Notes under the pieces: generated by a model | Told to the model about the DNA's origin: nothing | Seen by the model: the letters and a program-made list of their open reading frames with translations, nothing else | Database searches by the model: none | Shown: positions 47,848-57,895 of the stretch, in pieces | Layout of the letters: the number at the start of each line of letters is the position of its first letter | Position numbering within the stretch: the stretch's first letter is position 1 | DNA from: Pseudomonadota bacterium | GTDB taxonomy: Bacteria; Desulfobacterota; Desulfobacteria; Desulfobacterales; JBDRRP01 | NCBI GenBank assembly: GCA_043825735.1 | Contig: JBDRRP010000068.1 | Location: 124,001 to 185,433 of the forward strand | Reading direction: 5' to 3' | DNA length: 61,433 nucleotides | Program-made: the position numbers and the translations under genes

Positions 47848-48384
47848 ATGAAAATTCGAAAAGCATCAGATTCGGACTTGACGGATGTGCTGTTCGTGGA
47901 AAAAACGGCGTTCGGTTATGACAAGGAGGCGAATCTGGTAAAGGATTTGTTGAGTGATCCGAGTGCAAAACCGACGTTCTCCTTTCTTGCATTTTCAGAT
48001 GACAGGGCCGTTGGTCATGTTCTTTTTACATCGGCCACTCTGGATGGTGCGAAGCCGGGTGCAACGATTTCGCTGCTGGCGCCATTGGCTGTAATCCCTG
48101 AGTTTCAGAATCAGGGCGTTGGGGGCAGACTCATCTCGCACGGACTGAGGCGTTTGACGACAGCGGGCGTCGATTTGGTCTTTGTCCTCGGCCACCCGGG
48201 ATACTATCCTCGATATGGTTTTCGTCCGGCGGGTGTGCAGGGGTTTGAAGCCCCGTATCCGATCCCGGAAGTGCATGCCGACGCCTGGATGGTTCAGGCT
48301 TTGCGCCCGGGAGTGATCGGCAAGGTTGCCGGCAAGGTACGATGCGCCGACATGTTGAATAAGCCCGAGCATTGGCGGGAATAA
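47848..48384 (+). CDS. GNAT acetyltransferase (YhbS-like)
   Basis: LAPLAVIPEFQNQGVG, FVLGHPGYYPRYGF. Confidence 0.88.
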   Translation: MKIRKASDSDLTDVLFVEKTAFGYDKEANLVKDLLSDPSAKPTFSFLAFSDDRAVGHVLFTSATLDGAKPGATISLLAPLAVIPEFQNQGVGGRLISHGLRRLTTAGVDLVFVLGHPGYYPRYGFRPAGVQGFEAPYPIPEVHADAWMVQALRPGVIGKVAGKVRCADMLNKPEHWRE

Positions 48385-48390
48385 GGCGGG

Positions 48391-49383
48391 ATGGCAATCA
48401 TGAACAAAGAGAAATCTTCGAAAGCGACACCGGCCACCGGTGCCGGCGCACCGGTTCCGCCGGTGGCCCTGTCCACGTCATTCCGGGCGCCGGATATGGG
48501 CGTGCGGGATCTGATGGCCATGTTGGCGCGGCTGAGGGTCGCGACGGTGGAGCTGGAGTACCGCATCCACGACACCATGTTGCCGGCGCTGCGAGATGCG
48601 CTCAGAGCCGAAGGCATCGGTGTGGTGAGCGTTCACAATGTCTGCCCCTTTCCAACCCGGTACGCCAAGCACCTGAAGCCCGACGGCGACCTGTTTCGCC
48701 TGTCGTCCGTCGATTCCGACGAGCGGGCACTGGCCGTTAAGTGGACCACCCGCACCATCGAGCTGGCCAGTGAACTTGAGGCCGGTCGGGTGGTGCTGCA
48801 CTGCGGGCGCGTGGACATGGCGCCGGAGGTCGCTGCGCTTCACCGGCTTTTTGAGGCAGGCGCCATCGGTGAACCGGAAGCCGCGGCGCTGCGCGAGCGG
48901 CTGAACGCCACCCGGGAGCGCCTCAAGGGGCCGCACCTGGACGCCCTGATGTTCAGCCTGGAGGCGCTGCTTCGGCCGGCCGAGGCACTGGGGGTCCGGC
49001 TGGGCCTGGAAAACCGCTACCACCACCATGAGCTACCGGGGTCGGATGATTTCGATGGGCTGTTTCGGGTCTTCGACGGGGCGCCGGTCGGCTACTGGCA
49101 CGATCTTGGCCACGCCAAAGCCGTCGAAGCACTGGGATTCAGCGCGCCGGGCGAACTGCTGACCCGTTACGGGGACCGTCTCGTCGGGATCCACGTTCAC
49201 GACGCCGACGGCCTTGACGATCACCGGCCGCCGGGAGCGGGGAAAATCGATTTTTTCCCGCTGCGCACCATCAATCCGGCAATTCCCCGGGTCCTGGAGC
49301 TCAAGCCCGGCACGCCGGAAGTCGATGTGGCGGCAGGGTTGGATCATCTAAGACAGGTGTTTCGTTCAAAGACCGAACATTGA
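48391..49383 (+). CDS. Sugar phosphate isomerase/epimerase (xylose isomerase-like TIM barrel)
   Basis: SVHN, VVLHCG, LGLENR, WHDLGH, IHVHD..DDH. Confidence 0.85.
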   Translation: MAIMNKEKSSKATPATGAGAPVPPVALSTSFRAPDMGVRDLMAMLARLRVATVELEYRIHDTMLPALRDALRAEGIGVVSVHNVCPFPTRYAKHLKPDGDLFRLSSVDSDERALAVKWTTRTIELASELEAGRVVLHCGRVDMAPEVAALHRLFEAGAIGEPEAAALRERLNATRERLKGPHLDALMFSLEALLRPAEALGVRLGLENRYHHHELPGSDDFDGLFRVFDGAPVGYWHDLGHAKAVEALGFSAPGELLTRYGDRLVGIHVHDADGLDDHRPPGAGKIDFFPLRTINPAIPRVLELKPGTPEVDVAAGLDHLRQVFRSKTEH

Positions 49384-49440
49384 AGGAGATAACGGCAGGC
49401 GACGGGGGGCAGACCGAAGACGCATCAACGGCGAAAATCG

Positions 49441-49633
49441 TTCTCGCGCGGCGGCGCCAAGACGCAGAGGAAACCAAAAGGGTTTTGAAAACAGCAAATA
49501 TAAAGAACTGTTGCTTTAACTCGAGGCGGCGCACCGGCGTTGCCTCGAGGCATATAGGATATCCGACAATGTGATTGATGTTGCGACAAGCGAAAACGGG
49601 GTTTTTCTCTGCGTCTTGGCGTCTCTGCGCGAG
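49441..49633. repeat. Inverted nonamer pair (CGCAGAG/CGCCAAG type)
   Basis: ctcgcgcggcggcgccaagacgcagag facing ctctgcgtcttggcgtctctgcgcgag. Confidence 0.8.
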
Positions 49634-49692
49634 GATTGCATTTAGGTGTTCGTTTTTACCCTTAGAACTTCAGACTTTTGCCGGTAGATTCC

Positions 49693-52368
49693 CTATCTCA
49701 GCGGTTGGGTGCTCATGTGCCATTTGCGGACGCCCTCGGCGTCGGGCTTGTCGGTTTCCAACACCAGGACGCGCGACAGCACTTCCGTGGTGATCAGCAC
49801 GGCATTGGGCCCTGAAATGGTGGTTCCGGCGGCGATTTTACCGGAGGCTTTGACCGAGGGGATTCCGCCGCCGGTATGGGCGGCGGCGGTCAGCCCGGCC
49901 AGTTCTTCATTCACGCGGTCCATATCCTGAGCGAGTCCGGCCACGTCCGCCGACATCCGCGACACGTCCCGGGAAAGCGACTCGTCTTTTTCCATGAGAT
50001 TTTCCACCTGAGCGTCGAGGTTTTCCTTCTTCCTTTCGGCCATCTGAAGATGTTTTTCCAGCATCTTGCGTCTAGCCTTTTCTCCGGTGAGGGGCAGGGC
50101 GTCGCGCTCTGCCGTCAATTCTCGGATCTGAACCATGCACTTGTCCTGTTGCTGGGCCTTTTCCCCAAGCTCGTCACTGATCCGCTCGGACTGGGCGGAA
50201 AGGGATTGCCATGCCGTGGACACCTTGGTCTTTTCCTTATTGAGGAGGCGGATCTTGTTGCGAACATTTTGGATCTGCCGCTGAAGCCGCAGATCAACGC
50301 CCACCTGCAGCAAGCTCGGTTTTGCGGCATCGGTACCGACATCGCCCGAAACGATGCCCATTTTGGCTGAAATTTCCGATGAAATGATGGTGCCGCTGCT
50401 GGTCACACATTTGCCGTTGGTTTCCACCTGGCTGTCGATGATTTCACGGCCGACCGTGAGATCTTTTCCGGTGTTGACGCGCGATTTATGGATATGGCTG
50501 GCCTTGACGCTCCCCCCGCATTTGACCACGGCGCCGTAAATGCCGCCGGTGACCACCAGGTCTCCGGTGAGGGTCACTTCAGCCCCGTTGATGTCGGTCA
50601 CGCGCATGCTGCCACCGCTGACGCGGTAGCCCTCCTGGATCGCGCCGGCCACTTCGATGTGCCCGGCAAAGTCAACATGGCCCGTATCCAGGCCGACATC
50701 GCCGGCGATGGCCAATGTTTCCAGTACGTCCAGGACATTGTCGGCGGAGATCTGCGCCATGCCTTGTCGGACTGCGCTAAAAGTCATGCCGTCCTCTGAG
50801 AGGGCGGCGCCCTTGCCGCAGGCGGGCAACCGGTCCGGTGGTATCGGCGCCGGGACCGGGTTGCCATATACGTCTTTGCCCGGGATGCCCTGGACGGCCG
50901 GGCTGATCGTGGCCAGGGTGTCGCCCGCCGTGACCTGGGGGATGCTGCCGCGGTCTTTCCAGTCGATGGTGCCGTCATCCCTTTCGGTGCCGGCCCTAAG
51001 CGGATCGGTTTCGAAATGAAACCGTATCTCGGAAGGGGTGCCTGCCACGGGCGCGCTGCCGCGGGCAACCACCAGAGCCGCTGTTGGTGCGTTTTCATCA
51101 CCCAGGTATGCGGCGATGTCGGCCTGGGCCGTTTCCAGGGGTTCAATTCCCATTTCCGCCAGCGCGGCCATCACTGCTTCCGTGGCCACGGTCCCTCTTG
51201 CTTCCGGTTCTACCTCGAGAATCGCCTCGAGGCCGTCGTCCGACACCCGGATGAAATAGGGCGCCGCGGCTTCAGGTGAGTCGGCGCCCTCCGGAATGGC
51301 GCTGTCTTTGCGAGCCGCGGGCACCCCCGGCGCAGGGATCACTTTTTGTGCGGTCAGCAACGCCTCGCGTTGCATTTCGGTGATGATTCCCATCTGAATC
51401 ATAACCCGACCGATGGGGATGTGAATCTTGGTTTTTTCAATGATTTCCTGCTGCTTTAACAGCGCTCGATCCACCTGTTCGCCGGTCACCATGCCGTTGG
51501 CCGCGGCCACGGCGCTGAATTTGCTGTCGTAGGCCGCCATCTGGAGGGTGAATCCCTCCCGGATTTCCGCCAGAGAGGCTTCACCTTCCGGGGTGGCGGA
51601 ATCCAGTCGCTGATTGACCAGCGCGCTTCTGAGCTGGAGTTCTTCCCGCAGATCTCTGAAAAATCCGACGGTGGCAATTTCGCGGCCGTCTTCGACGATG
51701 ATGGATGCGTTCAACCGGACCGGTATGCGCTCGCCGGATTTGTGCAAAACAAAGACCCGGTATGCATCGAGTTTTCCCTTGCCGCCAAATCGGTCGCTTC
51801 TGAGCTGGTTCATGATGTCGAAGGCGACGTTTTCCGGGTACAGCTTCCGGATGTCGAGGCCCGCCAGGGCCTCTTTGACACTATAGCCGAGAAGGCTGGC
51901 GGCGGCTTCGTTGTAGATCCGGATCCGCCCTTGTTTGTCGGCTGCGATGACCCCGTCGACAGCGCTCTGGATCAGTTTGGAGAGAAAAGCGATGGAAAGA
52001 TCGGACTTTTTTACCACCGGGGTTTGCGCAGTGATGGCGGCGCAGACCCAGGCATCGGTCCCGGCATCGGCGGCCACCGGATAGATATGGTTGTAGGCTA
52101 CCGTCTCGCCGGTTTCCGTCGTTTCGCTGCGCTGTATCAGTACCGGTCCGCCGCAGGCCATGGCCTTCTCCAGTCCGCAGTTGCCGCAACGCTCGGCGCG
52201 TCCGTAAAACACCTCGAAGCAGTATTTTCCCGTCATGTCGGCAATCGCCGCATCCGCCCCTTTGCCGCCCGCTGAAAGTATGCGGCGCTCGGCCGTGATG
52301 ACGGCAATAAAGGTCCCAGAAGCGGCGATGGCCGCCTGGAACAAGGTTTCGTCTCCGGAAATCCTCAT
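49693..52368 (-). CDS. PAS-domain / FapA (DUF342) fusion protein
   Basis: GKYCFEVFY..CGNC PAS-like, second PAS, IDWKDRG..GKDVYG..GDVGLDTGHVDF DUF342 pattern, coiled coil; aggag RBS. Confidence 0.8.
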   Translation of the reverse strand: MRISGDETLFQAAIAASGTFIAVITAERRILSAGGKGADAAIADMTGKYCFEVFYGRAERCGNCGLEKAMACGGPVLIQRSETTETGETVAYNHIYPVAADAGTDAWVCAAITAQTPVVKKSDLSIAFLSKLIQSAVDGVIAADKQGRIRIYNEAAASLLGYSVKEALAGLDIRKLYPENVAFDIMNQLRSDRFGGKGKLDAYRVFVLHKSGERIPVRLNASIIVEDGREIATVGFFRDLREELQLRSALVNQRLDSATPEGEASLAEIREGFTLQMAAYDSKFSAVAAANGMVTGEQVDRALLKQQEIIEKTKIHIPIGRVMIQMGIITEMQREALLTAQKVIPAPGVPAARKDSAIPEGADSPEAAAPYFIRVSDDGLEAILEVEPEARGTVATEAVMAALAEMGIEPLETAQADIAAYLGDENAPTAALVVARGSAPVAGTPSEIRFHFETDPLRAGTERDDGTIDWKDRGSIPQVTAGDTLATISPAVQGIPGKDVYGNPVPAPIPPDRLPACGKGAALSEDGMTFSAVRQGMAQISADNVLDVLETLAIAGDVGLDTGHVDFAGHIEVAGAIQEGYRVSGGSMRVTDINGAEVTLTGDLVVTGGIYGAVVKCGGSVKASHIHKSRVNTGKDLTVGREIIDSQVETNGKCVTSSGTIISSEISAKMGIVSGDVGTDAAKPSLLQVGVDLRLQRQIQNVRNKIRLLNKEKTKVSTAWQSLSAQSERISDELGEKAQQQDKCMVQIRELTAERDALPLTGEKARRKMLEKHLQMAERKKENLDAQVENLMEKDESLSRDVSRMSADVAGLAQDMDRVNEELAGLTAAAHTGGGIPSVKASGKIAAGTTISGPNAVLITTEVLSRVLVLETDKPDAEGVRKWHMSTQPLR

Positions 52369-52548
52369 GGCGCTCTCCTGCAGTTGTTCTCCGTCTTTAA
52401 TATTGGCCATTTTCACAGAAATATTAGAAAAATTAATAAAAATAAGATGTTATCAAGCCGATCCATTCTGCGGGCGGTTCGTCAAATCGAAATAACGCCA
52501 ATTATTACAAGCCGTTATATATGGATGCCCGCGGAGCGGGCATCCATC

Positions 52549-52573
52549 GTTACACACTGTTACAAATTGTTAC
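52549..52573. promoter_or_regulatory. Triple GTTAC direct repeat (OmpR/CpxR-type box) upstream of Spy/CpxP gene
   Basis: GTTAC at 52549, 52559, 52569; preceded by perfect 12-bp inverted repeat 52521-52547. Confidence 0.6.
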
Positions 52574-52672
52574 TCCGGTGAAAAGTATCGGCGACGGGCT
52601 TGGCTTAAGGTGTGAGCATCCGAGAAAACACGGATCGCCCACTTTCACCCGCATCACCCACAAGGAGGCACC

Positions 52673-53119
52673 ATGAAAAGAAAAACCCTATTCGGCGCAG
52701 GACTGCTCACTGTACTGGCGGCGTTGACATTCACTGCCTGTTACCACAAGTCTCCTGAAAACCGGATCGGTTGGATGATTGAAGAAGTCTCCGACCGGCT
52801 TTCCCTCGACGCGGGTCAGCGCGAGCGTCTGGACGCCATGGCCGAGGAAATACTGGCGCGCAGAAAGCAGATGCATGCCAACCACGAGGCCCTTCGTGAG
52901 ATCGTCATGGGCGAACTGCGAAAGGAGCACATAGACCGCTCGGTCATCGACGGGCTGGTGGCGGAAAAGCGGCGGCAGATGGATGAAATGATCGACTACC
53001 TGGAGGACGGCGTCCTGGCGTTCCATGAAATGTTGACCCCCGAGCAGCGGGAAAAACTGGTAGCCGAGCTGGAAAAGCTCCATGCACGTACGGAAAAGTA
53101 CGGGCACCACCGCTGGTAA
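52673..53119 (+). CDS. Spy/CpxP family periplasmic lipoprotein
   Basis: Signal ending FTAC; LDAGQ and LTPEQR motifs; aaggagg RBS. Confidence 0.85.
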   Translation: MKRKTLFGAGLLTVLAALTFTACYHKSPENRIGWMIEEVSDRLSLDAGQRERLDAMAEEILARRKQMHANHEALREIVMGELRKEHIDRSVIDGLVAEKRRQMDEMIDYLEDGVLAFHEMLTPEQREKLVAELEKLHARTEKYGHHRW

Positions 53120-53599
53120 CAGTCTTGTTCACAGGCACCTTCCGGTCCCGGCCCGGGGCAGTCGACGACAGTCCCCCCTGCCGCCGTCATCTCCCTCCTC
53201 ATCGACAACCGTGTCGATGTCATGTCCCGGTGGCCGGGCCGGCCCTCAAGAACGGGAAAAAACTTAGAACTCAAGAATGACGGCCAGGTAAAGAGTCCGG
53301 AATTACCGCAGAGGGCTGACAGCTCGCAGAGGTAACTGACTTAATAATTCCGGTTGAAAATTGATTGAAAGGGGATCGGATGTTTGACATGCTCGGCACA
53401 TGCCGGTTGGAAACACCGCAATTTGAATGCTCAAGACACGAGAACCGGCCGGCCACTGCCAAGACCGTGCCGAGGGAGATCGCTGCAGTACCGCCGGACG
53501 GTTCCCGGGACGTTGCTCACAAAAACGAGTGTCTGGTGCTGTTGACCCTGTCGGGCGGGTGGTGCCCCCTGTTCGGATCACTGCCGGAGCCATGATGCC

Positions 53600-54310
53600 A
53601 TGAGTGATAGCCTTTTCATCATCGACGACGACACCAAGCTCAACCGGCTGCTGGAGCGCTACCTCGGCGACTTCGGCTACCGGGTTCGGGCGGCCACTGA
53701 TCCCGAAGCCGGGCTCGCGCAGATTGCCAGCCGCGCGCCGGACCTGCTGGTTCTCGACGTCATGCTTCCGGGCATGAACGGCTTTGAGGTCTTAAAGCGG
53801 CTCCGGCGCTTCAGCAGCGTGCCGGTGATCATGCTGACGGCCCGGGGAGACCTGGCCGACCGCGTGACAGGCCTTGAGCTGGGCGCCGACGACTATTTAC
53901 CCAAGCCCTTCGAGCCCCGGGAACTCGTGGCGCGGATTCAGACCGTGCTCCGTCGCACCGGCGCGTCAATAGCGCCGGTGCGGGTGCAGCAATTCGGACG
54001 ACTGAGCATCGATTTTTCCCGCAGGCTGGCCGCTCTGGACGGCGCGGCCGTGGATCTTTCCACCAACGAATTTCTTGTCCTCCAGCTCCTTGCACGCCAT
54101 GCCGGTCAGGTGGTGGACCGGGATCAGATTCTCCAGGAACTCCGGGGGATGGACAGCGATGCCTTCAACCGGTCGGCGGACATCACCCTGAGCCGGCTGC
54201 GGCAAAAGCTGGGCGACGATCCCCGCCGACCCGAGTTCATCAAAACCGTCTGGGGTGCGGGCTACGTTTTTATCGGGGAGGCCGGCCATGGCGATTCGCA
54301 GTCGGCTTAG
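53600..54310 (+). CDS. OmpR family response regulator
   Basis: LDVMLP, GADDYLPKPF, winged helix IKTVWGAGY. Confidence 0.92.
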   Translation: MSDSLFIIDDDTKLNRLLERYLGDFGYRVRAATDPEAGLAQIASRAPDLLVLDVMLPGMNGFEVLKRLRRFSSVPVIMLTARGDLADRVTGLELGADDYLPKPFEPRELVARIQTVLRRTGASIAPVRVQQFGRLSIDFSRRLAALDGAAVDLSTNEFLVLQLLARHAGQVVDRDQILQELRGMDSDAFNRSADITLSRLRQKLGDDPRRPEFIKTVWGAGYVFIGEAGHGDSQSA

Positions 54311-55598
54311 GCGGATTCACCGGTCTGTATTCACACGCCTTTTGCTGGGATTCCTGGCTGCGGGGATTCTGGTCAACGTGGTGGTATTCGTTTTTTTCGG
54401 GCACTTTCGGGAGCGCCACGAATTCACCTACGACCGTATCCTGGGCCATTACGTGGATACCCTGGCTACGGCCATTGGCGACCCGCCAGACCTGTCGGCG
54501 GCCCGGTCCATTTCGGCGATCACCGGGCTCGTCATCGGTTACACGGGCCGAAACGGATCGTGGACCACTAACGGCGCACCGGTTGACCTGGAGTCCCGGC
54601 ACCGCTTTCGCGTGCACCGGGTCGACCATCGCACCGTCATCGGGCTCCACCATGGCCGGTTTTTCGTCAAGCGGACCATGGACGGCGGCGAGCTGATATT
54701 CACGGCCGTCCGGTCCGAGGCTGCGGAGCGCCGCCTGCTCGCGCTGCTCTTGGGGGTGCTCACCATCGTGACCGGCATCGTGACCCTGGCCTATTTCTTC
54801 ATCCGGCACATCTTCAAGCCCCTCAAGGGACTGCGCGAAGGCGTGGCGGCCGTCCACTCCGGAAAGCTGGACCACCGGGTCCCCGCCGCCGGAGCCCAGG
54901 AGTTCCGCGACCTGGCCGCCGCCTTCAACGACATGACCGCCCGGGTACGGCAGACCCTTCAGTCCAGGGAGCAGCTCCTCCTGGACGTCAGCCACGAACT
55001 GCGCTCGCCCATCACGCGCATGAAGCTCTCGGCCGACATGCTGCCCGACGGCGATCTGAAGACATCCATCAGTGAGGATATTCATGAAATGGAGGCGATG
55101 GTGAGCGCCATCCTCGACGCCGCCCGGATGCAGCACATGGCCGATGCGCTCCGCAAGGCGCCAGTGGATCTGGGGGGCCTTGTGGCCGAGGTGGCGCGGC
55201 CGTTCATATCTCAGCCGCCCGGCATCGAAATACAAGCGTGTCCGGCGGTGACCCTTTCCGTAGACGCTGACCGGATGCGCACGGTGATCCGAAACCTGCT
55301 GGATAATGCCGTGAAATACAGCCGGAAGGATAGTCCGCCGGTGGCGGTTTTCTGGCATACCGGCGATGCGGGCGTCACCCTCATTGTTCAGGACCGGGGA
55401 ATCGGAATTTCCCCCGATGCCATTCACCGGGTATTCGAGCCATTTTTCAGGGCGGACGATTCCCGGTCCAGAAGCACCGGCGGTTTCGGTCTGGGTCTGA
55501 GCCTGTGCAAGGCGATCGTGACCGCCCACGGTGGCACGATCGGTATCGACAGCGCAGTGGGAACGGGGACTACGGTGACCATTTGTCTGCCGGGATAA
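54288..55598 (+). CDS. HAMP-domain sensor histidine kinase
   Basis: Two TM helices, DVSHELRSP, NLLDNAVKY, GGFGLGL. Confidence 0.92.
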   Translation: MAIRSRLRRIHRSVFTRLLLGFLAAGILVNVVVFVFFGHFRERHEFTYDRILGHYVDTLATAIGDPPDLSAARSISAITGLVIGYTGRNGSWTTNGAPVDLESRHRFRVHRVDHRTVIGLHHGRFFVKRTMDGGELIFTAVRSEAAERRLLALLLGVLTIVTGIVTLAYFFIRHIFKPLKGLREGVAAVHSGKLDHRVPAAGAQEFRDLAAAFNDMTARVRQTLQSREQLLLDVSHELRSPITRMKLSADMLPDGDLKTSISEDIHEMEAMVSAILDAARMQHMADALRKAPVDLGGLVAEVARPFISQPPGIEIQACPAVTLSVDADRMRTVIRNLLDNAVKYSRKDSPPVAVFWHTGDAGVTLIVQDRGIGISPDAIHRVFEPFFRADDSRSRSTGGFGLGLSLCKAIVTAHGGTIGIDSAVGTGTTVTICLPG

Positions 55599-55617
55599 AT
55601 TTATTAATCGGCCATAA

Positions 55618-55740
55618 AAAAGGACCCAAAGGACCCAAAGGACCCAAAGGACCGAAGGGACCTAAGAAAAGCCAGCGATCTTGGAGCGGCGTGACCGCGG
55701 TTGGTGTCTTTTAGGTCCTTTTCGTCCTTTATGTCCCCTT
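55618..55740. repeat. Inverted nonamer run (AAGGAC type) between convergent genes
   Basis: aaaggaccc-like unit x5 facing aggtccttttcgtcctttatgtcccctt. Confidence 0.8.
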
Positions 55741-56859
55741 GATGGCACTGCTGTCAATCTCTTTGAGATACAGGTGCAAAGAGCCCATCAGCTTTTTCAA
55801 GACCGCCAGGGGCGTCCAGGCCGGTTGGGTCCCGGTCTGGCTTTTCAAATCGGCGATATAGGCGGTGAGCGCGTCCCGGAGCCGGTCCCAGGTGATAATG
55901 CCCGGGTTTGGGATTACCAGCCCTTCGTGAAGGGCCTTGAATAGCAGTTTGGGGTCCTTGGGCACCAGGTGAAAGATTTTGCCGGCCCACTCGCCGTGAT
56001 ATCCAAGGTAGCTTCCCAGGCAACTTTCCAGCGAAACCGATCGCATCATGTGGCGACAGGCAATGAGCCGCAAGGTGAGTGCGCGGCCTGCCTGCGGCCG
56101 GCTGACGACAAAATCACCGCTGGCCACCTGAGGCGGTTCGGGCGCGGAGCCATCGGCCGGGTCGTAGAAAGCGAACAGAATTTTGAGGATTTCGCCGCAG
56201 AGGATATCCGACACCCCGCTGGAGAACGTGTGGACGGGGACTTCGTTGATGAAGAAATTGTGCCGGCTGTCGACGCCCATTTCGTGGAGGTCTGAAAGCC
56301 AGCGGGTGAAGTAGACAAAGACCGGAGGCCCTCCTCGCTCAAGGGGGATCGGCCCGCCGGCCATGGGCAGCACCACGAACTGCGGTGCCCGCCGGTGGAG
56401 GCGGCGCAGGTTCTGGAGCTCCCGGCGCGCCATGGTGCTGGTCTTTTCGCCGTCTTTGGCCACGATCATGGCCAGACGCACCCGGCCGCCGGTGCGAAGG
56501 CGCGCCGCCACCCGGAAGATGTACTGGAACTGGCCTTCCTGGAAATGGACGGTTTTGATTTCGCTGAAATCCTGCCGGCTCACGGGCTGGCCCGTGAGTT
56601 GGCTGAGGCTTTCCAACAGGAGGTTTTTCGGCTGGCCGAGGTGGGCGTGTATGGCGGCGCGCAGTATCGCCGGCGCCACGTACCGCGGCATGCGGTGCCC
56701 CCAGTAGTCGCGCATGTCGAGAATCTCGCCGGTAAGGATGCGCGTTCCGGTGGCAAGGGGCGCCTGTCGGCGTTTTTTGGCGCCGCTGGGGGCACCCCTG
56801 CCTTTGGAACGGGGTTGGGCTTTCGCCCGCTGCCGCGGTGACACGGTATCTTTTTTCAT
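55729..56859 (-). CDS. Hypothetical protein, possible protein-kinase-like fold
   Basis: Long ORF with host codon usage; EGQFQYIFRV, VAKD, RRELQNL, FTRWL, ASGDFVV. Confidence 0.7.
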   Translation of the reverse strand: MKKDTVSPRQRAKAQPRSKGRGAPSGAKKRRQAPLATGTRILTGEILDMRDYWGHRMPRYVAPAILRAAIHAHLGQPKNLLLESLSQLTGQPVSRQDFSEIKTVHFQEGQFQYIFRVAARLRTGGRVRLAMIVAKDGEKTSTMARRELQNLRRLHRRAPQFVVLPMAGGPIPLERGGPPVFVYFTRWLSDLHEMGVDSRHNFFINEVPVHTFSSGVSDILCGEILKILFAFYDPADGSAPEPPQVASGDFVVSRPQAGRALTLRLIACRHMMRSVSLESCLGSYLGYHGEWAGKIFHLVPKDPKLLFKALHEGLVIPNPGIITWDRLRDALTAYIADLKSQTGTQPAWTPLAVLKKLMGSLHLYLKEIDSSAIKGT

Positions 56860-56978
56860 GATTGGTGGCGCTTTCTGTAGCCTGGATTCGGGTCCGCCGG
56901 TGCAACGCATGCGGCCTCTGAGTCCCCGCTACCCAATTTGAGCCGGACTGTCAAAACAATTCCGGCCCGCAGAAAGCG

Positions 56979-57845
56979 TCAATGGTCATACTGTTTGGCA
57001 TAGGCGGCGTCATTGTAGAGGCCTTCGCCGTAATCGGACACGCCGAATTCACCGATGATGCGCTGCCCCGCATCGGTCGAAACAAACTGAATGAACCGCG
57101 CGGCCACCGGTTGCCCGGGAGTGGCGCCGGCCGGTTGGCAAAGGGTGTGGTAGGTGTTGATGAGGAAAGGGTCGCCGCGAAAAAGTACGGCAAGATGAGG
57201 CATACGTTTTTTCCCGGCGACCCACGTGCTGCTGTCGGTCATAAAATATCCGCCCCGGGCATCGGCTTGTTCCAATGTCGCCATCATGAAGGTATTGGTG
57301 ACGATGTACGCCGCTCCCGACGGCGTGATGCCGGCTTTTTTCCAGATGGCCAATTCTTTTTTATGCGTTCCGGAATTGTCGCCCCTTGAAAAAAACAGCG
57401 CACCGGCAGCAGCGATTTTTGCATACGCCTCGGCGGCTGTTTTAGCGTTGGCGATGCCGGCGGGATCGGCCTTTGGGCCCACGATGAAAAACTCGTTGGA
57501 GCCGATCAGGTGGTGGTCTGCAGCCCAGCCTTCGGAAACGGCGGCTTTCTCGGCTGCCGGCGCGTGTACCATGACCATGTCCACCTGCTTGTCTTTCAGC
57601 AGTTGCAGCGATTTGCCGCTGCCGGCCTTCTGCCAGCACATGCTGATGGGCTCTGTTTTATTGAAGGCGTCGGCCAGGGCTTCGAGAAGACCGAGCTCGC
57701 CCGGACTTCCGGTGGCAAGCGCGAAGGATGCCGCTCCGGACCCGTAGACGGCCGTGCACGGTCCGGCGGATGCCATAAACGGGCAAGCCACAAACATCAG
57801 AAAGCATACGATACCTGCATGAATACGCGTTTTTGTTCCGATCAT
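56979..57845 (-). CDS. TupA-like oxyanion (tungstate) binding protein
   Basis: Signal peptide; AGSGKSL, MVHAPAAE, NEFFIVGP.ADPAGI, FSRGDNSGTHKKE. Confidence 0.82.
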   Translation of the reverse strand: MIGTKTRIHAGIVCFLMFVACPFMASAGPCTAVYGSGAASFALATGSPGELGLLEALADAFNKTEPISMCWQKAGSGKSLQLLKDKQVDMVMVHAPAAEKAAVSEGWAADHHLIGSNEFFIVGPKADPAGIANAKTAAEAYAKIAAAGALFFSRGDNSGTHKKELAIWKKAGITPSGAAYIVTNTFMMATLEQADARGGYFMTDSSTWVAGKKRMPHLAVLFRGDPFLINTYHTLCQPAGATPGQPVAARFIQFVSTDAGQRIIGEFGVSDYGEGLYNDAAYAKQYDH

Positions 57846-57895
57846 GGCGGGGTCCTTTCTTCTCGGGTGGGGGTGCGCTGTGAATCCGGGAGCGC

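Noticed and set aside
53120..53599. Riboswitch or small gene between spy and the response regulator
   Set aside because: Only a short inverted repeat (ccggaatta/taattccgg) and unconvincing ORFs; no recognisable aptamer consensus
55505..55714. Collagen-like GPKGPKGPK ORF
   Set aside because: Translation of the AAGGACCCA nonamer run overlapping the kinase 3' end
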